Below are positions 27,618-37,206 of a DNA stretch of 64,000 nt, in pieces (within the stretch, counting starts at the first letter, position 1; the number at the start of each line of letters is the position of its first letter). The notes beneath the pieces were generated by a model. The model was given only the letters and a program-made list of their open reading frames with translations. It had not been told where the DNA came from and made no database searches. This stretch comes from Anthoceros angustus. Taxonomy: Eukaryota > Plantae > Anthocerotophyta. The position numbers and the translations under genes are program-made. The stretch covers positions 620,001 through 684,000 of the forward strand of contig VJWM01000016.1 in the NCBI GenBank assembly GCA_010909165.1, given 5' to 3'.

Positions 27618-30600
27618 ATGGCTCCTAAAAGAAAACCCACTGGGCCTGCTGGGCCGGGAAGAAAACAAGGATCCCTGGCTGAAGTTATGGCCAAGCCATA
27701 TACTAGACAGCGTGTCAACCATGTTCAGATATCGCAACTCATCCGCAGGATGATGGTAAAGTTGATGGTGTCTTGGTGCACTGAAGGAACGACTTAGTTC
27801 CCAAAAGACTTGCCCAAACCGCCAAGGCGATTTTCATCCAAGAAGGACGCTCGGCACCGAGTTTGTTCAAGAGGAGAAGGGTGGACACTCGACCTGTGGC
27901 TTTGGTTGAAGGTCCTCTTGCAGAGATTACTAACTATGTCCCAGTGTCCGAGAGAGGGGTCCAGGTTTGTGGGGAGAATGATTTCTTGATAACTGACGAT
28001 CCCATGGTTGTGAGTGCTGCCAAAACCTGTCTGGAGTCTAGAGATTTGTGCTGCCGTTGAACAGAATGCTTTACAAGGGCGCTTCCATGCCTGTGGTTCC
28101 CGACCGAGTCATCCCTGATCAAGAAGTGCTTGATATGTTTGAGAGGCTAAAGTGTGATGATCCCGAAGATAACTTTGCCATGGGTATGGAGGAAATTGAT
28201 GATGAAGCAATTTTCAGAGAGCAGGGATTTGATCCAATAGTCCCAGAGGGAGCTGTGAATGATGCGTTGAGTGGTGGGGAGGATAGGTCCAAACGGCGTA
28301 ATAACCGTGTCAAGTCGCCTGTGGCCTTTATGAAAGTGAGTGGGGTCAGGGGATGGGATACTCCTGTTGAGGATATTCCTTACAAGGATCTAAATCTTAT
28401 TCTGATACCCTTTTTCCATCAAGTTCGAATCAAGGACAACAGGAGATTTTCTCCGAAGCGTAAGTAGTGATGTTTTTGACTTGTTGATTTTGATAGTTCG
28501 ACTTTCATTCACATGACCGATTTCGATTCTCTCTTGCGTTGATGTCTTTCTTTCGTGGTTTTAACCGAATTTTAACAAGGAAGTGCATCTTGAACCAAAG
28601 CCGGCTTGGTTCGATGTTCGATGATCAACATGTTTCATGGAATTTTCCATGGGTCCTAGGCAGCGTTGGTTGCGTCCATGAAAATCAGCAAGGATCTCGG
28701 AATTGTGTCATGTCGAAAAGAGGTGAAGTTGATTTCTGACGATGATGAGCGACGGATTCTTTCACACAGAGATCATCAATGCTCATTTGGGGGCTCAAAA
28801 AGGTAATATTGTTGGTTTAGGGGTGCACTTTGATTGTTCATTTATGGTTTTAAACCTGGAGGTCTGTCTCTATTGTTTGCGGTGTGCATATTTTTGCATG
28901 ACCAGTTTGGAGTTCGAGGTGGTGAAGAGTTACATAACCGCTCATCGTGACTTCGCTCGCAGATTCAGGAGGACCTTTTGTTCAAGATGTTTTGGTTGTT
29001 TTGTTCATTGTATCTTTGACGACGGTATGTTTTGTTGTTTTGATGTCGTATTAAGCTCGCTTTTATTTGCGGTGTATCAAGAACGGCTTTCAAAAATTAT
29101 AAAGTGGACATGAAGAATTACCAGAGTGAGCATTTCCAAAAGGTCAAGATTTACGAGGATGTTATCGAAACTTTTAGAGTCATATTGAACACTCTCCCAA
29201 GTGGTCTGCAAACGACAAAAATCATCAATTCGGGGTTTTGTTCAATTCAACAATTGATAACCCAAGATCAAATGTAAGTTTTGTTAAGTTTTGTTGTTAT
29301 TGGGCTTAAGTTTTGTGGTTTGTATTTACTAACTGCTTGTTTTTGGCTAGGCTTGGTATGCAAAACTCCGTGTTTCAAAAGGAATGTTGTCAAGGTTCAT
29401 GAAGACCATGGTGAAGCGGTGGGCTCGTTGGCTATTACACCAATAAGAGCTGCCGTGTAACAATGATTACACGCTTGACGATGGCTCGTGCCTTCGATGC
29501 CGGGAGAAGTGTGACCGCCATAAAATGATTTGGATTCTCAAGGTAATATGTCGATGTTCCTGATCAACATGTTTCATGGAATTTTCCATGGGTCCTGTGC
29601 GTTGGTTGCGCCCATGAAAATCGCAAGGATCCTTGGAATTGTGTCATGTCGAAAAGAGGTGAAGTTGATTTCTGACGATGATGAGCGACGGATTCTTTCA
29701 CACAGAGATCATCAATGCTCATTTGGGCGGGGGGCTCAAAAAAGGTAATATTGTTGGTTTAGGGGTGCACTTTGATTGTTCATTTATGGTTTTAAACCTG
29801 GAGGTCTGTCTCTATTGTTTGCAGGTGTGCATATTTTTGCATGACCAGGTTTGGAGTTCGAGGTGGTGAAGAGTTACATAACCTGCTCATCGGGACTTCT
29901 CGTTCTCAGCAGATTCAGGAGGACCTTTTGTTCAGTATGTTTTGGTTGTTTTGTTCATTGTATCTTTGACGTACTGGTATGTTTTGGTTGTTTTGATGTA
30001 TCAAAGCTCGCTTTTATTTGCGGTGTATCAAGAACGGCTTTCAAAAATTATAAAGTGGACATGAAGAATTACCAGAGTGAGCATTTCAAAAAGGTCAAGA
30101 TTTACGAGGATGTTATCGAAACTTTTAGAGTCATATTGAACACTCTCCCAAGTGGTCTGCAAACGACAAAAATCATCAATTCGGGGTTTTGTTCAATTCA
30201 ACAATTGATAACCCAAGATCAAATGTAAGTTTTGTTGTTATTGGGCTTAAGTTTTGTTGTTATTGGGCTTAAGTTTTGTGGTTTGTATTTACTAAGCTTG
30301 TTTTTTTGGCTAGGCTTGGTATGCAAAACTCCGTGTTTCAAAAGGAATGTTGTCAAGGTTCATGAAGACCATGGTCAAGCAAATGGGCTCGTTGGCTATT
30401 ACACCAATAAGAGCCGCCGTAACAATGATTACACGCTTGACGATGGCTCGTGCCTGGCCGGGAGAAGTGTGACCGCCATAAAGATGCTGGATTCTCAAGG
30501 TAATATGTTTTGAAAGCTTGTGACATTTGAGTCCTTTGTATGTTCCTTCCTCGATGTTCTTATATGGTTTGCGATATGACCCGTCAAGCAAAACAGTACA

Positions 30601-32020
30601 GAAGAGTCCTTGTTCTCGGTGAACGCGATCCTATCGGAGCTTTTGAACGAAGAATCAATCGGATGCGGATGATTTAAGGGTGTTCTTCCGTCAACTGCCC
30701 TCAATGTGACTCAAATTGTATTTTCTAGTCACCAAGATCGCACTTGCGAGTGCAACAGTTAACAATGTAAGTGTTTGAGATTTGTTGCAAGTTTTGTAGG
30801 GACTTGTTTTTGTGTGTTAGGTCTCGTAGCAACTCGTTGTTCATCATGAAAGCACCTTTGAACAATGTCGACCGAATCGAGTTTTCCGCACCATTTGGTC
30901 CACTGTCTCAAGTTCGTTGGTATTGTCGTTCCTTGCTGCACCGCCATGTTGGATCTGTTTAATCATACCGGTCTCTGTTGTTATGGGTGTGGGAGACGTG
31001 TTTTGGTTGCAAACATACCTCGAAAGCGGGCCAAGGCATCGATGGATAATGCAACAACATCGGGTGTTCTAGTGAAAATTCCATATGTTGACAAGGTTGA
31101 TTCTTTGTCCTTGTTTTGTTTTCACTTCTTTTGGAGTTTCGATTATGTTTATCTTGGCGTTGTGAATCCTGCGACTAGTGGAAGTTTCATCGTCCCTCAT
31201 TTCAACATTGATACACAGGGAAGTGGATGCGTGGTCCCTCCGTTGGAGGGCATTGTGCATAGTGAGTGTGATCACCATCCGGGTTAACCAGATGTAAATG
31301 TGTGGTAGCACCTCGATATTGTATTGCACTGGGATCGCAAATGGAAATGGAAGTGGCTTTGAGCGCTTGCGAGATTGCGCGAGTACGGAATTGGAGTATG
31401 ATAGATGTAAACAGAATTGGAGTTTCAACAAAAAAGGATTTGGAGGCTCTTATAGAGAGACAGAGGCGAAAGCGCTTGAATTACGAGTCTCTAAGCAAAG
31501 AGAGAAAGCCCTTGAGATCGAGGGAGAAATGTGGAGAGGAGACAAGAGCACATTAAGCATCAAGAGAAATCAAGCAAGCAGATAGAGCAAGCAAGAGGTT
31601 CAAGACGCAGTGAAAAGAGAACAGAGCGTAAGAATGTGTCTCGAGATATTTGCACCGCTATCTCGCGAAAATCCGTCGATTGGTAAGTTTTCTTATGCTC
31701 TTTATTAATCGCAGACATTGAAAATCAATGGTTGTATTTTATTAGGTTGTCACCTTGCGTGAAGCGGACAATTTCGCCCAAGTCCTCGCCTTCATCAATT
31801 GGTTGCCAAGAATGATGTACAACCGCCAATCAAGCCAAGTGGTCGTGAAAATTACGCTTTCAATCAGTATAATTGTACAATCAATTTCCTAAATAAGGTG
31901 AGTATCATTTCCTAAGTATTTGCTATGATTATTTCAGGTTTTCTAGTATCGCCTAATCACGGTTTGTGTGTTGCTTTGTTTTGTAGGTTCCATTGTTGTT
32001 GAAGTAGAGTTCAATCTAGC
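27618..32020 (+). pseudogene. Intron-containing Crypton/DUF3504-type tyrosine recombinase, frameshifted and internally duplicated in this sequence
   Basis: ATG after TTTTGCAG (MAPKRKP). Then DLNLILIPFFHQVRIKDNRRFSP (~28390); FHGS.AALVASMKISKDLG...ISDDDERRIL; QFGVRGGEELHNL (catalytic R, 28915 and 29859); FKNYKVD; AWYAKLRVSKGMLSRFMKTM; GYYTNKSCRVTMITRL (29436); VT(G)HKDAGFSR, intron, then YD (~30470-30580). Some motifs need 1-bp indel correction. The 3' end is approximate. Confidence 0.85.
28600..30505. repeat. ~0.95-kb tandem duplication of the recombinase catalytic exons (28600-29545 / 29545-30505)
   Basis: Both copies carry the RGG and NKSCR boxes with different indels. Confidence 0.88.
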
Positions 32021-34200
32021 GAGTTCAATCTATTCGTATTTACTCTTCATTAGTTGAATTTGTATTTCATGCCATTCGGATATACAGAAACTCGCAAAGA
32101 AAAGGTTTCTTTGTTGGTTTTTGTATATCCCGGATCCGCATGAATATTATTTAATGAAAATGTTTTTGTCGATTAGCGATTTTGGTGGGATTTCTAGAAT
32201 GAGCTTCTAGACCCACCGGTATTCACTTGGTCGCCATGTTTTCTACTCTAGTGCTCTATTTTCTACCTTGATGGTAGATGATTTTACCCCACTTGTATGG
32301 TTCATTGTTTTGTACCTTGATGGTAGATGATTTTCTACTATAATCAGAATGAATTTTACTGGTAAAATAATGACCAAAAGGTCAATTTTCTCTCTAAAAA
32401 TTTACCGCACTCAAAAACTAGGCGCTGGCCGAGGCCCCGTGACGAGGTCAGACCTTACGACCTATGCAGTCGAGAAGCATTGGATTATGCTCGATGGACA
32501 TCTGCAATGATAGCCGCCAGAGCTCCAAGCAGTGGCACCAATCTTTCCATCGCGAGGGAAGAGTCGGGGAGAGAGGTGTGCGAGGTCTGCAGCAGAATGA
32601 GCTGGGGAGACTGTGTGCTCAAGTGTCACCGGGCAACCTACAAGTTCCCGTGCTTTTTCTTGCAGGCACAGGTGAATGTGCCTAAACCAATAAGCTGGCT
32701 TTTTCCGGAACCGGAACCGGGCACATGCGAAATCGATCTTAGACCCTCGGTCCGTTGAAGACCGAAGTGGACCCACGAGCGCTGGACTGGTCTGTTGAGA
32801 TGGGGGGATCTGGGGAGGGAGATATGCTCCGCTAAGGGGAGGCTTGCCAGAGTAAGTCCCTTGAAGTATGCCTCGGCGGAGTTGGTCCATCGAGGAGTGG
32901 CTTGGCGGGATTGTTCGACCGGGCGAGGTTCTAATGAATCTTGCTGGGGTGTACGGGGCGGTGGAAGAAGGTCACCGGAATGATGAGTTACGACATGGCA
33001 GTTGCGGTGGCCTAGGGCTAGTAGTAGGCAGCAACAAGCCAGGCGCCATCATAAATGGTGGCGTGAGTTGCAGATTTTGCGATATGGCTTGCACAGATAT
33101 AGGCTGGTTAGATTAGGGTGAGTTGGCAGGCCCAGCCAATTTTGCTAGCGAGATATAAGCCTTAGTGGGGCTATATAACGAGGCCTTGGTGTCCAAAACC
33201 AGGAAACTATACCTTGTGCCAATTTCGCGCTCTATGTGCTCGTGCAGTCTTGCGGTCGAGGAGCTGAGTGTGTTCCTGCATGCGTCATGTTGTAAGATTG
33301 ATTAGTGGTAGGGGAATGCGTCGAGAGCTCTGGTGACGAGCTCCTCTAACACGTTTGATGGGTGCAAACTAGGATCAGTCCTGAGCTCAGGTAGCACTAT
33401 GGGGGCAACCTTCGGCGTGGAGCCATCCTTGGTGGTGGCTGGGGCAGAGGCCATGGGGTTATAGGCTAAGAAGCCACTACCTCACGGAACGCGAAGCAGT
33501 CGGAAGGAGCAAAGGCAATCCTGTGTTAATACGTCGGCGTGTTGGTATTTCTGGTACTAATTGTATGTGAGTAAGGGAGAAGGAAGGAAGGTTTGTGGGC
33601 CTGTGCATTGCATGGGAGTTACTGTTGAGCGGAGTCGAGATTTGTGAAGTGGAAGATGTAAAGCTAAGGAGGTATGTGCGTAGAGGCACTAGTGTATGAG
33701 GAACGCGTTGCTAAACCTGTTCCTGTCCGCGGGACCTTAAATGGTGTTTTGAGACACCATTTGTATGTGCCACATGCATATGCATATGAACAATGAGAGT
33801 AGTATGTAAGTCGCGGCGGCATGGCAAGAGATAACATAGTAATAAAACTGGCGACCGGGTCTCGAGACACAGGTTGTCGACCGGGTTCGTTTTCGTGTAG
33901 GTTGTAGTCCCTAGGTAATTTTCCAGAGGAGAATTGTCCAGATGGGGATTTTCGGTTAGGATAGCCCAAAGGCCTGAGGAAGCTTGTGTTTGTACATATG
34001 CTTTGAGTAATGAGAAGTATGCCACTATTTTTATAGATTGTCGACCTGACCGGACCGCGTCGCGGGTAAGTCGACAGGGGGAAGTCTAGGCCAGACCTGA
34101 CCCGCCTTCGCATTGTCCAATTCTCACATAGACTGACTTGGCTTAGTCTCTGCACTTCAACGCGAGCATTAGACGCTGCTGAGGCTGACTCCTCGGTTCC

Positions 34201-34208
34201 TATATAAT
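34201..34208 (+). promoter_or_regulatory. TATA box (TATATAAT) of secreted-peptide-like gene 1
   Basis: Conserved in the paralog at 36176-36183, within an aligned upstream block. Confidence 0.55.
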
Positions 34209-34469
34209 GAGTCATTCGCATCCCCAGTCTCATCACCAACAATTCTGCACTGCTCCAGTGAGCAAGCAAGCAAGCGTCCGCCCGGATCCGATACGACTTA
34301 CACACACAACAATCGGATCGACACCGCAACGGCCAGCAGTCTAAGTGCCTCTCCGTCGCGACGCTGAGAGGAAGTGGCAGTTTTTCCAGTTTAGCGGGAC
34401 AGTGTCACCGGCTTGCAAACCATCCTAGTTTTGGAGTCGTGAAGATTGTGGTTTGTATACTTCGAGAAG

Positions 34470-34802
34470 ATGGCACGCAAGAGCAATAGAGCATGCGCGC
34501 TTCTGCTCTGCCTGCTGCTGGCGGGATTCTGGCAGCAGGGGATGGCCGGAAGAGGCATGTCAGGTCCAGGGAGGAACGTAAGTGTGTCCGTGAGGAAGTG
34601 GAAAGGGCCCGACGCCGTACCCGAGTCGCCTCCCGCCATGCCTTGGAGCAACATCGGGGAGCCACTGGTGGACGGACGCGTGCGGGAAGCAGCCAAGCAG
34701 CCTGCCCGCTACTCCAAGAAGCTTGCCACTCCGTCGCCGTCTCCTCCCACCAACCCGAGGTCTTGCGGCCCGAGTACCGTGCCCGGGACTTGCAAGCGTT
34801 AG
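34470..34802 (+). CDS. 110-aa putative secreted peptide precursor
   Basis: MARKSNRACALLLCLLLAGFWQQGMA looks like a signal peptide; basic sites (RKWK, SKK); Pro-rich C-terminus ending SCGPSTVPGTCKR. Confidence 0.65.
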   Translation: MARKSNRACALLLCLLLAGFWQQGMAGRGMSGPGRNVSVSVRKWKGPDAVPESPPAMPWSNIGEPLVDGRVREAAKQPARYSKKLATPSPSPPTNPRSCGPSTVPGTCKR

Positions 34803-36429
34803 TGACCTGATGATCACCTGCAGCCATCGGATGCCTCGGCACCCCATTTCTCCAACGTACACTGCATTTGCCGACTGCGGACATGCATGTGTATAACATC
34901 TCAGCCTCCAATTGTCATATGCAGACAGCAATTGCGTCCACGACATGAACGGAGTGCAGGTAGGCAGCGCTGGGAGTAACCATCACCTCCGGAGCTTCCA
35001 CGCGTCTGCTGCTGCAATGCGGCCATAATATTGTTGAACCAGCTTTACCCTTCGTCTCATCAGAATATAGTTACACCCGTGCATTCTCGTGTAGGTGACA
35101 CATTGTCACGGTTACCGTTAGAGTAGGAAGGATCCAGACATTGTGCACTTGACCAGGCCAGTGTCCTGATCTGAATCAGTACCGTCCACAAGCCGAAACG
35201 GGAATATCTTTCAATGTGTACCGAGACGCCGTCCAGATTCCAAAGGTTGTCAAATTTCAGATACATACACCAAGTTGTAACCTGCGTAGATTTTCAGTAT
35301 GCCGGAATCACTCCAATCATATCCCAGCGTGTACTATCGCACAAGACGGTTCTCATCAACTGCTGTCATTCTGGGAGCAGATTGTCGAGCTTGAACAGCC
35401 TCCTGCAAATTTGGGGCTCAGCGGCTTTAAACCCCCCACGACTGCTCTACAGGGCTGGATTTAAGTATTCAATTCTGCTACGCCCCTGCGGGTGGAGCAT
35501 TCCTCTTCACAGCCAAGCGGCTCCTTTCAGAATCTCCAGCTAACTACCGTACCTCTACGCCTACTGCGTCCATTCCCCTAGGGCCGCATCCACACAATGA
35601 CAGAAACGTGTCCGCCAAGTCCACATGCCATAACATAGTTATAAAACTGGGTACTCGGGTGTGGTAGGTTCGTCGACTGGACCGGACCGCGTTCTGGAGG
35701 ACGGAGACCTCCGCGTTCTCCATGTCGCACACAGGCTGTCTTGCTCTTGCTTAAAACAACAACTTTTTTATTCATGTCCATGAAGTGCGGCTCGTGGGAA
35801 AGAACCGTCGTATCAACTTAGTTTCTATGAGCATTATTCGACTTATTCGCTTACACGTTTCAGTTATGAATAACAAGTGACCAGGTGTTTTGATAAGGAA
35901 TGAGAGTTTTTAGAGTGAGAGCTAGCCCGGGATTGGCTCTCTCCCTGTTACGGCCTTGGGATAGCATAGATTCATGGATCTGTAGCATTCATCAATCCAG
36001 AAAATTCGATTGAGTAGGGTGCATTTTGCGTCGTTCTCAAGTATCCTGGGGTTTAGCTAAAGTTTAGAAACAATCTGGATTGTAAAGGGTCAAAACGCGT
36101 GCATGGAAAGTGGCCCTCAGTCCCTACGCTGGAACGCGAGCATTAGACGCTGCTTGAAGCTGACTCCTCTTTTCCTATATAATGAATGCGCCACAATCGC
36201 CAAGCCTCGCCATTCTCATCGCCAACAACTGCACAGCAATTGCAAGCAGCAAGCGTACATGGCCGGATCCGATAAGACTTGCACACACACAACAATCGAA
36301 CCGACACCGCAGCTGCCAGCACCCAGGGCCTCGGATCGTCGGCACTCTCTCATAGCTAGGAGGAAGTGGCAGTTTTTTCAGTTTAACAGGCTTGCAACAC
36401 ATCCCAGTTTTGGAGTCGTCGAGATTTGG

Positions 36430-36851
36430 AGTTTACAAATCTGAATACAGAGCAAGTGCAGTGGAGCATATTGCGTGCTTCTGCTCTGCCTGCTCCTGGC
36501 GGGATTCTGCGAGCAGGGGATGGCCGGAAGGCGGGGCATGCCAGCTGCTGCAGCGAAGGAGCCCTCGGTCGTGGTCCCGGTCGGGGACCCGAGGGATGCC
36601 GCTCAACGCTGGACCGCGACCGGGGGGACTCGGCCGGGCCGGTAGCTAAGGTGATTTCCGTGAGGAAGTGGAAACGACCCGAGTCCCCTCCTTCCATGCC
36701 GTGGAGCGACATCGGGGAGCTGCTGGTGGACGGACGCGTACGGGAAGCAGCCAAGCAGCCTGCCCGGTACTCCAAGAAGCCTGCCACTCCGTCGCTGACT
36801 CCTCCCTCCCACCCGGGCACTTGCACCAGTACCGTGCCCGGGACTTGCTGA
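36430..36851 (+). pseudogene. Paralog of 34470-34802 with no clear ATG and one frameshift
   Basis: CVLLLCLLLAGFCEQGMAGRR in one frame and SVRKWKRPESPPSMPWSDIGELLVDGRVREAAKQPARYSKK...CTSTVPGTC in another; TATA at 36176. Confidence 0.6.
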
Positions 36852-36930
36852 TCATCTGCATCCATGGGATGCGTCTCAGCATCCCATGCAAGTGATGAGC
36901 AAAGTGCAGGTTTGCAGCAATGGGAGAAAC

Positions 36931-37137
36931 TGTTAACGCATATAGCATACTAGCCCTTAGGGCACGCTTCAGAATATTAAGTTAAGCAGAACTGAACGGG
37001 CATACCTAGTATGAACCGACACGGACAGTTACGAGATAGAAACGCTTGGGCAAAGCCCATAATGTAATACGCACATTTGCTCAAGCTTAATGCAATCCAC
37101 GATGCAGCAATCTCATGATTGTCTCCATCCATATTCA
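36931..37137 (+). repeat. 5' LTR
   Basis: TGTTAACGCA...CCATATTCA; matches 43191-43391. Confidence 0.92.
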
Positions 37138-37139
37138 CA

Positions 37140-37151
37140 TGGTATCAGAGC
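37140..37151 (+). promoter_or_regulatory. Primer binding site TGGTATCAGAGC (tRNA-iMet)
   Basis: Canonical sequence 2 nt after the LTR. Confidence 0.92.
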
Positions 37152-37206
37152 AGGCGCCCCATTACCCTGAATACCTGCACCCCAAAATGGCAGGACATAA
37201 AAATAC

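Larger units (their letters stand above)
23750..32455 (+). mobile_element. Crypton-like element, minimal span; may extend left to ~40
   Basis: YR gene, long leader, and a 3' AT-rich tail with a 22-bp direct repeat and two small hairpins (32353-32368, 32371-32384), then a GGCCGAGGCC GC block. No TIR or TSD was seen. Confidence 0.55.
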
